A stretch of 56,169 nt of DNA, counting the filler, from Squatina squatina (taxonomy: Eukaryota): assembly GCA_031763465.1 (NCBI GenBank). It is 3 parts of 3 records of this genome, joined end to end, with 100 filler letters (N's around TTAATTAATTAA, not from the genome) between each part and the next. Parts side by side here need not be neighbours in the genome. Positions count along the whole stretch, not along the records: positions 41,711 to 56,169 come from JARFOE010000072.1; 2 more parts are not named here. The stretch is one strand, 5' to 3'. Every line of letters begins with the position of its first letter. The stretch's first letter is position 1. The notes beneath the pieces were generated by a model. That model did no database searches and had not been told where the DNA came from. It saw only the letters and a program-made list of their open reading frames with translations. A program made the position numbers and the translations under genes. Shown here in pieces: positions 44,751-56,169 of this stretch.

Positions 44751-45639
44751 CTTAACCCTCCATTCTGAACAAATTTAGCAATTCTGTCGCCACAACTAAA
44801 CACAGGCAAGTTGCTTTGAGGAGGAATGTATGCTCATTACAATCTGGTACAATACGGTGAAGCAATATTGCACATTGTACTAAACGTGTTCCTTGATGGC
44901 ACAGTAATAGACTGTGAGTGAAATATGAACCAGCATGTAGTCACTGACAGCTATGCAATCAGCGCATAGCTCATCCCTATGTCAGTGTGAAAATGACTAA
45001 ACTACCACTCGGGCTTTCTGTAAATCAAAACCTTTCATCCATTTGACCTGCATGACTTCCCTTCTTTCTGGTGACTGTGATGCAGTACCTGTAATGCTCT
45101 CCATTGGATTCTATCCTTCTGAAATTAGATTCTTAAAAACCCATGATCAAGACAATCTTACAGTATAGATGGAAACACCAACATGTTATTTTGTTCCGGC
45201 AGGAGGTGGAAAATCATGCTGCATCATTGGAGGTCAATGAAGTGTGCACTTAAACTGTAGCTAATAATCTGAGGCTGGTGGCTGCTGTTTGGGTTCCAGC
45301 AACGGAGAACCCTGTTTATATTGCTTGGCTCCTGCCTGAACTTTGACTGTCAGGTTCAGGAGCGTGCTCTGTGCATGTCGTGATACATGCATGGGCAGAG
45401 GTGTGACCCAAAAATCTCTGCTCGACAAACATTTAAATTAAGGTTTGACACTCAATCTGAAGCACTATGAGACTACCCTCTGCAAAGGGTCTCACTCTGC
45501 TTCCTTACAGAGTCAGGTCTGGCCTGGAGTCCAGATTGACATGGTCAGCATAGCACCACTATAAAAATGAAACTCCTTTGAATTGATGCTAACCTAGAAG
45601 TGTAAATGCACCCCTATTATTTCTTAACACTAACCAAAA

Positions 45640-46387
45640 AGATTCTGTCCTTGACTCCCTCCAGGACATCCTCCCTCTCCAGCTCTGTAACATTCTCCTA
45701 AACCAATACTGCCGCCCTGCCTCCTATCTTTCCTGAACACCTTATACCCAGGAATACTTAAAACCAAATCCTGCCCTTTTTTGAGCCAGGTTCCATATGT
45801 CTACTTGCGCCTGCAGCTGACCAACCTTATTTACCACACTTTGTGCATTTACACACATGCACTGTAAACCTATCTTAGACATTCTTGTTTTCTTAGTCTG
45901 ACCCCACTTTATACCTCACTATTTCGAACTCCAGGGCTATCTGTCTCTCCCAATCCTTTGTGCACTTTCTAATGCTACATCCTGATGCTCATCCCCCTGC
46001 CAAATTAATTTAAATCCTTCCAACAGCACTAGCAAACCCCACCCCGGCAAGGACCTTGGTTCCGGCTCTGTTGAGGTGCAACCCGTCCAGCCTATACAGG
46101 TCCCACCTCCCCCAGAACCGGTCCCAATGCCCCAGGAATCTGAAACCCTTCCTCCTGCACCATCTCTCCAGCCATGCCTTCATCTGCTCTAAACTCCTAT
46201 TTCTATATTCACTCGCACATGGCAATGGGAGTGATCCAGAGATTACTACCTTTGACGTCCTGCTTTTTAATTTTACCTAGCTCCCTAAAATCTGCCTGCA
46301 GGACCTCATTCCTCTTTCTACCTAGGTCGTTGGTAACGATATGGCCCATGACCTCTGGCTGTTCAGCATCCCCTCTTAGAATGTTCT
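45640..46387 (-). mobile_element. CR1 LINE ORF1 SGNH-esterase domain and start of ORF2
   Basis: EQPEVMGHIVTNDLGRKR...WLERWCRRKGFRFLGHWDRFWGRWDLYRLDGLHLNRAGT. Confidence 0.88.
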
Positions 46388-46487
46388 NNNNNNNNNNNNN
46401 NNNNNNNNNNNNNNNNNNNNNNNNNNNNNNNNNNNNNNNNNNNNNNNNNNNNNNNNNNNNNNNNNNNNNNNNNNNNNNNNNNNNNNN

Positions 46488-47172
46488 GGCCATGTACAGA
46501 GGTTGATGCTGCTCTCTGCACTTTTCTTGGACTTGCTGAAGTCCATTGTGCCTCTTAATGGGCGGAATCTGCATCGTGACTCTGGAAGGAGCTCTTCAGC
46601 CACTGGAAGGAGACGGTTGAGGAGGATTCTTGCAATGACCTTCCCTGTAGCAGACAACAGGGAGACCCCTCTGTAATTTCCGCAATCCGACTTGTCTCTG
46701 TTCTTGCAGATAGTCACGATTACAGCGTCTTGGAGATCCCCTGGCATACTCTCCTCCTCCCAGATGAGGTCATGAATTCGTGCCATGAGTGCCTCTCCGC
46801 CATACTTCAGTATTTAGGCAGGGATTCCATCTGCGCCAGAGGCCTTGTTGTTTTTCAGCTGCCGGATGGCCTTTTCAACCTCGTGTCGGGCAGGAGTTCT
46901 GCTGAGATAGTAGCGGGTAGCTGTGGGATGGAATCAAGGGCCCTCACATCGAGGACCGAGTCTTGGTTGAGGAGTTTCTCAAAGTGCTCCTTCCAGCGGG
47001 TGCTGACTGCCTCTCTGTCCTTGATGAGCATGTCTCCGTTCTTAGCTCTCAGCAGGTAGGTCCTTGGGTGTTTGGGCCATAAATGGTCTTGACTGCGCTG
47101 TAGAATCCACGCATATTGTGGTTGCCGGCGAGTTGCTGGATCTTCTGCACTCTTTCAACCTACCATCTATTC
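46488..47172 (-). mobile_element. RTE-clade LINE ORF fragment (pre-RT region)
   Basis: IWEEESMPGDLQDAVIVTI.KNRDKSDCGNYRGVSLLSATGKVIARILLNRLLPVAEELLPES.C.FRP.RGTMD. Confidence 0.88.
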
Positions 47173-50100
47173 TTTAGGTCCCGGGTTTTTTGTTGGACCT
47201 CAGCCTTCGTTTGTCTGCAGACCTATTTTCTTTCCCTCGAGCTTTAATAATATATTTACTTGTCAGAGCTTCACAGTGAAAGACTGGCAAGAAATTTCTC
47301 TGGTATAATTTCTTGGTCACACTTAAGTTAAATGGAAGATTTTTCTTCACTCTGAGCTTGTAGTTTGCTAGATTGACAAATAGCACATTGTACAGATGAA
47401 TACGTGAAATTTTGAACATGCAAAATCATTCAATTCATTATAATTTATAGCTGAAACTATTAACTACATAGTACTGAAAAATAATTGGAGATTTTCAATT
47501 TTTATTCATTAAACAAAAATATGAATTTGCAAGATATTCACTGAAGGACACTGATTACATGAAGCATATTAAATTGTATGAGTCACTTGAACTTTATTAA
47601 CATTCCTGAAAATGTGAAGTGGATTTCATTTTTAAATCTATAAAGGTGAAATATAGATTCACCAGAGAAAGATGGGGAAAATCACAATTCACAATTGGTG
47701 CAGAATTTGAGCACTGAAGTTTATATTTTCAGGGATTATACGGTGCAGTGGGATCCTGCTTGCTCTGGCAGAGGGTTTAATTAAGATTACGTTTGCTTCT
47801 ACCCCACCCCCCAAATTCTGTCCTGTACGTTCAAGGTACGCAGCATTTTCTTTTTTCTGAATGGCACAAAGCTCTACTCTGAAGCATCAGATCAATTCAG
47901 TGAAAGAGGATAGATGTGAGGGAAGCATTTGACTAACCTTCTGGGACTTGTGTCATCCATGGTCTTTTAATTAAAAACTTTGTTTTGGAGAAANNNNNNN
48001 NNNTGGAGCTGGTGCAATTCTACATGTATGGTTGAATTAAGGTAAAGATTTTTCTCTCTTCGTTGTTTACCAAAAAGCGTATTGGTATGGCTGTGGGCTT
48101 TGATTATTAATTCAGACTGGCTCTCAAGTGGAGTGAAAGGAGTATGCGGCTCTGATGGGGATGTTGCCCTTCTGCCCTCCAGCATCATCGGCTCTGGCTA
48201 AGATTGTGATCAGCATCACTAAGTTTGGCTTTTGAACAGAAGGGAGAGACTTCTGAGTCCAAAGCCCAATCCTCGACTTGCGTCAGAACAGACCTGCCGT
48301 GTCTTCAGAGTGCGGCTGGTTAAATGTGCATAGGTTTTTGTTCATGTTCCATTCAAAAACTTTATTTCCCCACATTACTGGAATTGTTCCGTTGCCTTCC
48401 TTAAAGGGACAATGGGGCCGATTGCAAATGCCTGCGGTAGGAAACAGGATGGCAGCGCTCTGATAATCGCGCTGACCACCCAGTTTCTGTTCCCGATCCG
48501 TCTGCTGCCATTTTGATGGGTTCCTTCATTAAGCAGATGGAAGCCTCATTAATATAGTTAAATCAAACTCCTATGGCATCAGAGGGAGCCNNNNNNNNNN
48601 NNNNNNNNNNNNNNNNNNNNNNNNNNNNNNNNNNNNNNNNNNNNNNNNNNNNNNNNNNNNNNNNNNNNNNNNNNNNNNNNNNNNNNNNNNATTACTATAA
48701 AATAGCAATAAACAACATCAAAACTTTTGACTTTAAAGCTGATAATTCAAACATTGCCATCTGTAACTACTCAAGGGTTAAGTACTTACCCATGCAGTTA
48801 CCTTCATCAAAGCTGCAAGAAATGAGTAGCACGAATACCACACACCCTGTGTTAATGAGAGCTTTTCAGAAGGATTTTGCCCACAAGGCACTATCAATTA
48901 GATAAAGGAATGTTCCATCGCATTCCCTCAATGGGGCCCATTCAAAATCTGGTGATCATAACACTTCCTCAATACAGCCTATTGAAAAAAAACAACAATC
49001 ACCCTTAATTACTAATGAGAGTAGCTGTTTTTTTGCCTGGGTCTATTATAGGAAATGTGTAACAGCATATTAATGTTTTCTCATTCAAACAGTTCTAATT
49101 TAATTGCAATGATTCTTCTTTGAAGTCAGATTGAGAACACACAAATATCTATTTTTTTAAAATGTTGAACATTTGACAAGTGGCTCACTAGGAAGACCCT
49201 CCAGCTTAGATTTTCAAAAGTTGAATTCATGGTTTATGCTCTTTGGTGTAAATCTATATTTAGGTTTAAATAAAAAATAATTTGAATAGTATTAACTTGC
49301 ATTTTGGTTCTTTCCTTTTAATGAGCAGCTCATTCAATATTATGCATGTAGCAGACCATAATTACCACTTTTCTCTTTGTCTGTAAAACTTTTGTCTGTA
49401 ACAATTATTCACTTCATGCTTTAGAATATTGAAGTTACATTCAAAGGATCAAAAGCAAAATGTTGCAGATGCTGCAACAGAATGACATAGAAGTTTAATC
49501 GAATTAGTCCTGAGCCTGAAACAGTTCTATGCTCACTAGTTCTTCAGACAGAGGTATTGTTTAATTGTGCATTTTTGCTGGAAATCTACTTCTGAAGAAG
49601 AAACAAACCTGTCACAGTTACTTGCTCTCATAAATGTCCTTTTTGTTAAAGAAAAATCTGGGATGTCAGAATATTTAAATTGCTCCTGGCTTTTTGCAGT
49701 CTCCCCACCCACTCCCTGTAATGGGTGTGCGTGTGTGGCACATTGAGAGCATTTCTTCCAGCTACCTTCNNNNNNNNNNNNNNNNNNNNNNNNNNNNNNN
49801 NNNNNNNNNNNNNNNNNNNNNNNNNNNNNNNNNNNNNNNNNNNNNNNNNNNNNNNNNNNNNNNNNNNNNATTACTCTATGTCCACCCACTGTATGCGTGG
49901 GGTCATAATAAAGTAAAAACATTGTGACAGCAAATGCTCCCACCAGAGATACAGATGAATGAGACTAGTTAGAATGTACACTTTTCCACATCTTTTATCA
50001 ATTGGAAATGAGGGCACTGTGGAATATAATGGAGCTTTAGATCATCCTGAATAAATGCAACAGAAGACTGTCAGTGGGAAATGTTCGACTTAGAATTCTA

Positions 50101-50711
50101 TTCCACTACTTTTGCTANNNNNNNNNNGTTGAAATGCAGTATACCTCATTACAACACTGACATTTCATGGTCTTGGGTATGACACATTGTGTTTATAGCT
50201 CTCCTATCAGTAAAAGAAAATATGAACAGTAAACATTCTCATTATAATCTTCCCCCTCACTGATTTTCATATCGATGTCAAAGAGAGAATTGTATATATT
50301 TTATTACTGCACGTTGACCTAGCATTGCTTATCAATGCACATTTTTATTTCTGTTCTTTAAAGTCTTTACAAAAGCACATTAAATGCAGAAGTATGGTTG
50401 CAAAAGCAGTTGACTAAATCATTTTCTTGTCAAAATTGATTCTGCAATCACATTCTTGTAATATTGATCAATGTTGAAGTTGCCTCACATTTCTATTACT
50501 TATGTTAGCTTTGCACAGTTTGTGACAACAAGACATTCACGTACCGTAGGTAAATTGAGGGAAAGAAAGCAGAAAACTGGTTGGATTTTTTTTCACGGAC
50601 ATATTAGAAGTAACAAACCACAGCTAATATTCTTATGCATAGACATTCTGTTGTTGTTACTGATACTTGTGAAGGTGGAATCCTCTGAATGTTCAGTGTT
50701 ATATTCTGCAG

Positions 50712-50777
50712 ATTTTCTGTTCACCCAGGATCAACCAATAGTGTGGAGTCTCATACTTTAGAAATTGTTTACACTGG
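50712..50777 (+). CDS. Possible Ig-domain exon fragment
   Basis: TTCTGCAG acceptor; (R)FSVHPGSTNSVESHTLEIVYTG resembles Ig D-E strands; cut by a gap. Confidence 0.3.
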
Positions 50778-52014
50778 NNNNNNNNNNNNNNNNNNNNNNN
50801 NNNNNNNNNNNNNNNNNNNNNNNNNNNNNNNNNNNNNNNNNNNNNNNNNNNNNNNNNNNNNNNNNNNNNNNNNNNNNAGAACAGGCTCGAGGGGCTGAAT
50901 GGCCTGCTCCTGTTCTTATGAACTGTGCTTCCCTTTAATTGAACTCAGTGGCTCAATTGCAGCCAAATTGTTTCGTTTGTTAAACGTTCCTGTTACCTTT
51001 GGGGTTTTTATTTTTGCCCCACACCCATTATAAAGTGAACCGCGGGAGCTCGGTGGTATGGTTGAGGCAGTTCAGCCCGTAATGTCTAAAAGTACACAGC
51101 TTTAATAAGTTGCAGAATCTTTAACAGGCTGAAGGTTAAGCTTTCAACAGGGAGAATTATTTTGAACCATCAGTCTAAAGATCACTTTTATTCCATTTCA
51201 GTGACAGTTTTCAGTCTGTTAAAATGACACCAACCACAGAAAAGTAATCCTTGAAATCAGCTTGATGGAATCTTTATTGGAGCACATGACACCTGATAAG
51301 ACTGATACAAACATTTCACGACCATGTAAAGTCATATGAGGCAATGAATAACAAGTCTGTTGACAGATGAGATATCATGAGGATCTCAAAGTNNNNNNNN
51401 NNNNNNNNNNNNNNNNNNNNNNNNNNNNNNNNNNNNNNNNNNNNNNNNNNNNNNNNNNNNNNNNNNNNNNNNNNNNNNNNNNNNNNNNNNNNTAATAAAG
51501 TCAGTGACGCTGCCAACTTATTGCTTAAATAAGATATATTAGGAATTCATGACATCTAGCTTCCTAAAGCAAACCTTTCTACACCTTCCGCCTCCACTGC
51601 GAGATAGATCTAATCGTAAAAAGGTGAAAGATGTTGTTTCCACCCACAAAGAATAACCCTTTTGATGGAATGCAGAAGAAATTATGCTCTTTCAATTTAG
51701 ATTTGTAAAATCAACAAGAGAAGGAAAGATTTATCTTTGAAAAGCTAGCTGATCTATGTATTTTTAGGTGGCAAAGGCACTTTAAAGACCTATGCTACAG
51801 GAAGGACTAATTGTTCAAAACTCCAATATTCTACCTACTCAACCACTTTCAATTAGTAGAGTGATATAGTAGAAATAGCTCATAGCCTAATTGGTTAAAG
51901 TAATGTATCAATGAGCATTTAGAAAAATTCTGTCATAACAAAACGTGTTACTGCTCATTTACAATACAGCCTCTGAGACGCCTCTGAACATTCAATGGAT
52001 AAATGTGTTGCCTG

Positions 52015-52340
52015 GTGTTTACTGAGCCATGCAGATTAGAGTGGTCTCAAGATCAATCTGTGGCGAGTGTTGAGTTAACTCATCTCCACTGGGTTGGTGG
52101 TCCAGACACTACAATTGGCTTCAGTACTTCTAGATTAGAGGGGGGTGCGAGTGTGGTGGATGGAAAGCAAAAATCAATCATTCACTTCCATTTCTGATTG
52201 CTATTCTGTGGCCCTTGCTGTACAATGTGAGGATGTCTGTTGAATATAGAACCAAACTCAACTGTGAAGTCACCCACTGAGAAATAGCCAGCTGATACTT
52301 GCATTCTAGTTTCACAAATAGAGAATGACCACTTGGCCAC
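52015..52340 (+). mobile_element. Old SINE-like interspersed repeat
   Basis: actgagccatgcag...ctacaattggcttcagt...ctgattgctat...gaatgaccacttgg; related to 22345-22600. Confidence 0.45.
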
Positions 52341-52374
52341 CCATCACTCGATTCTACAATGTTTGCTGTTTTAG

Positions 52375-52417
52375 ATCTGGAATCAATTATTCTGTTAAGG
52401 TTAGTGCCATCAATGAA
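52375..52417 (+). CDS. Possible fibronectin type III exon fragment
   Basis: TTTTAG acceptor; SGINYSVKVSAINE fits the FN3 Y-x-V-x-V-x-A-x-N pattern; cut by a gap. Confidence 0.33.
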
Positions 52418-55400
52418 NNNNNNNNNNNNNNNNNNNNNNNNNNNNNNNNNNNNNNNNNNNNNNNNNNNNNNNNNNNNNNNNNNNNNNNNNNNNNNNNNNN
52501 NNNNNNNNNNNNNNNNNAGTGAGAAAGGCTTGATAACTCAGTTACAAAGGTCTTCCTCATGGGTATTCTGCTTACACAAAGCATAAGGATTGTAATAAAA
52601 CATTAACATGAGATAATAAATTATGCAAATGATAGAATATGTAATGAATTTTTATTATCACATATTCTGTAATAACAAAAAAGATCACACAATCTTTCTA
52701 TATCGCATAAGCTTAACTCCGTCACCTGTAGCACCTTCTTTTTGAAACAATATATTTTCAGAATCTTTGTAGTCTGGCAGCTAATTTTTTCAAATCACGG
52801 ATTTTTCAGTACACGTGACAAACCGATAGACAGTAGATTCAAGCAGAACTCAATCCTCAGATGATTAAACCGAAGTTGGAGACTTTACAAAAAGACATGA
52901 TCACAGAGAATAAATTGAACTAACACTCCCTGGTGCAACTAGTTGTGGCATGGAGACTAATTGCACTATTTTGAGCTGTCATGAAGTGCTATTGCTCAGA
53001 ATGAGAAGTTTCTACATCCCTGCTTCAGTAACACACAGATTATTTTATAGGAGCCTCTGTTATTGTTGGATCTCAGCTACTGAAATAACTGAACAAGACT
53101 TCACAGGGCACCAAATACATATCTGTACAGAAAACACTCAGTAAATGTACTTTTATCTGATTCAACTGGTTGAAAGAGAACTGTATTTATTTGACCAATA
53201 CTTTGCTTTTGCACTGACCTTGTTGCAGACTTTGTTGAATTACTATTGAGTAGTAAAAAATCATTATGGGAAATATTTTGTAGCTGGCACACAAGTGGAG
53301 GTTGGAACATTGAGCTGGCCAAAAGTACTCTTGCCCAATATATGGAGAACTTAAGTTAAATATTCTAATCCATTTAAGTGTATTTTCCATCCATTTAGGA
53401 TTATCTCTGCTTGCCAATCTTAGATAGTCCTGANNNNNNNNNNNNNNNNNNNNNNNNNNNNNNNNNNNNNNNNNNNNNNNNNNNNNNNNNNNNNNNNNNN
53501 NNNNNNNNNNNNNNNNNNNNNNNNNNNNNNNNNTGCACACCATTCACTGGAAGCTTAGTTCAGCTTGCAATTTTCCCGTGAGGTAAATTCTTATGTTGTA
53601 GGAAAGAGAATGGCTTTTACACGAAATGATTTTTTTTTGTCAAACTATTTCCTGTGAAATTCTCCCTCTTATTTTTAAATCCTGGCAACAGACTCTTTTA
53701 CAGTTAAGTGTTGCTCAGGGAATGACGGTAAGACGTTACTCATTTGTCGAGAATATAAACTGAGCGAGAAGGGTGGGCCTCTTTTAAAGGGGCGCTGTTT
53801 CCATGAAAAAAAGTGTTTTGGAAAATCATTTCTTTTTTTCTGGAAGAGTATGCCCCAGCAAGCTCCAGAAATGTACCACTAGTTTTGGGCTTTAACATTT
53901 AGATTTCGCCTTCAGGCTTTCCTGTTCTTATAGGTTTTTCCCTCCAATACACGTGAAGGAATGCTGTGGTTAACTACCACTTAAATTACACAGCCCATGT
54001 AACGACTTGTTGTCATCTGTCGCATCTGTTCTTGAATTGTCAGCTTCTTGGGGCTTTGTCAACTTTTTTAAGCTGTTGGCCAAACCACGCCAATTTTCTG
54101 GCTTGGCCTGTCTGCTGACCTCACGTTATGGGACAAGGTTAGCCCATTCAGGTCGAGGTGTTTCGGGAACAGCAGTCCTGGCACAGCACAGCTGGCGTTG
54201 CATTCTTCGCCTCACTGTATTTGATTACACAGTAATACTATACAATGATGCTTCACCAGCAGGCTAATTGAAAGCTTTTTCTTTTAATATCATGTTGTTG
54301 ATCCATCAGGAGTGATCAATGATTGTTGGTAAAAGTATGTGTTATTATATCTGTCAACTGAATATTTTACTCAATGTTGTTTGAACACCTGTCATATTTG
54401 CGCTGCTCGATCAGATAGATCAAATATTAGGTAAATAATTTAGGAATTCCTACTCCTATTTGTGCGCAGGGACAGAAGATGAGTGATTTGCAAAAGCTGA
54501 AAAATAAATTCGGAATTCCAATTGGAAATTGAAATTAGCCTCTCTCCCGACAGCTATCTGCATATCCTGTAACCCTGTGCGCCTTGAGCTATCTATGAAA
54601 CAAAGCCCCCGTTTGTTGACCAGTGATTCATATTGGATAAAGTTCCTTCATTGCAGATATTTTTCTTGTGACAGTTCTGAGTCACTACAGATCAATGGTT
54701 AGATTGTCTGTCTGTTTACACCCAGATTATTTTTACCGACACGAAAGCAACGGGGACTTGCAACAAGCATGTACAGTGCGGTAAATTAAAATGGAAGATT
54801 GAATCCAAAGTAACTCTCCTCTCCATCTATGAGGCTAAACTTCGTAAATTAGTTACTGATCTGGAGTCAAGCTCCCTTCTCCTTTCATTGAAGACACCAA
54901 TGTTACAAGTGAATTAATTCCCTTTGTTTATTGTCTGTACAGTGTTACACTATCTCTTCTCTGAAATAAAGTGTGCACTGTATCCATAATAAGTCAGCAA
55001 ATTAGAAAATGGTCTAAGTGACAGCAGGCTGTCTAAAAATAGAATTGAAACAAACACGTTAGGAACTAAAACCTATGTCTACAATGAAGTACTTGTCTCC
55101 TTGTGGTTTAAATTTAGACGGTCATCTGGAATAACATGTTATTTTGATCTGTTTTGTTGAAACCTTTTGTTAACCTAAATTTAATTTGCAATATTACAGA
55201 GTGAAAAGGGAAGGAGACTACAGAACTTTAGGAATAGAAATGTGCTAAGACTTCTGTCCAGTGCAACAAACCGAGGACTTTACAGGGATCATCTTCCAGG
55301 TTAATTCAAACTCTGAGTGTCAAATTTAGCTCTAAAGGGTTCAAAACTTGTCTCTTCAGACTCTGAGTTATGAAACTATGATGAGCACATCAAGGCCAGG

Positions 55401-55537
55401 ATTGGTCTCCGAACACCAGTGTTCTGGCAGGGCAGGACTTCCACCAGCCTGTCTGTCACTGCCAGGAATCCGACCCAGGATCTCCCTGCCATGAGATAGC
55501 CCTGCATTGCCTAGTTGCAAAATCCTCATGGTGCCAT

Positions 55538-55953
55538 GTCAGCCATGGCTCAGCTGGAAGCACTCTTGCCTCTGAATCCAAAGGTTGTGGGTTCAAGTCC
55601 CACTCCAGTAACCTGAGCACAAAAACCTCAGCTGACACTCCAGTACTGAGAAGTGCCACACTGTTGGATGAGATATTAAACCAAGGCCCCATCTGCTCCC
55701 TCAGGTGAAAGTAAAAGATCCCATGGCACTATTATTAAGATAGAGGAGGGGAGTTATCCCTGGTGCCCTGGCCAATATCCCTCAATCAACATCACCAAAA
55801 CAGATAATCTGGTCATTATCAGCTTGCTGTATGCAAATTAGCTGCCATATTCCCTACATTAGTACAGTGACTACACTTCAGAAGTACTTCATTGGCTTTT
55901 GGGCATGTTAAGATTGCGAAAGGCACTATATAAATGCATGTGTTTCTTTCTTG
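55538..55953 (+). mobile_element. Near full-length DeuSINE (SacSINE1-like)
   Basis: tRNA head (TGGCTCAGCTGG, GGTTCAAGTCC), Deu domain, and L2-like tail aaggcactatataaatgca..tttctttc. Confidence 0.88.
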
Positions 55954-56169
55954 CTGCCATGTAATTGCCACTACAGAATCACAAGAGGTGTCTGGGCAGT
56001 TACAGGTTTCCATCACAGGCCATTTAGCCCAACAGGTCCATCTCAGCATTTACCCATCACACGAGCAAATAGTGATAATCAGTGTCATTATGAGGTGATG
56101 CATGTTGGTAAAAAATCTAACATCAGTAATTATTCTTTAATGGAAGTAGGTTTGGTTCTGTGGAAGAGC

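Noticed and set aside
49536-49769. 77-codon minus-strand open frame ending YLCLKN*
   Set aside because: Truncated by a gap, with no splice site or homology support.

Overview
Eukaryotic, not prokaryotic: low-contiguity vertebrate genomic DNA, most likely a cartilaginous fish (shark), judging by CR1/HER1-type LINEs, DeuSINE (SacSINE1-like) SINEs and shark-type Penelope-associated repeats. The window is a chain of short contigs joined mostly by 100-N gaps. Two artificial N44-TTAATTAATTAA-N44 linkers (25555-25654, 41611-41710) split it into three blocks. Block 1 has exons of PALM and PLPPR3 (human 19p13.3 neighbours), a cathepsin-L-like exon and a decayed tRNA-Gly(TCC). Block 2 has exons of MYNN, LPP and BCL6 (human 3q26-28). 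Block 3 has a METTL15 exon and a CpG-island promoter with an ATG-only first exon. The rest is CR1, L2 and RTE fragments, SINEs, MITEs and satellites. The most notable unannotated signal is a pair of minimal type-I hammerhead ribozyme motifs (4034-4070, 38124-38160) with compensatory stem changes, lying in a Penelope-like terminal repeat; this is a known class, not a new system. Other signals are conserved splice-donor motifs in two head-to-head CR1 5' UTRs, several unassigned exon candidates, and assembly artefacts (an Illumina adapter and a 77-nt circular contig overlap). Gene identities rest on recalled human protein sequences, not on database searches. I found no convincing wholly new biological system.
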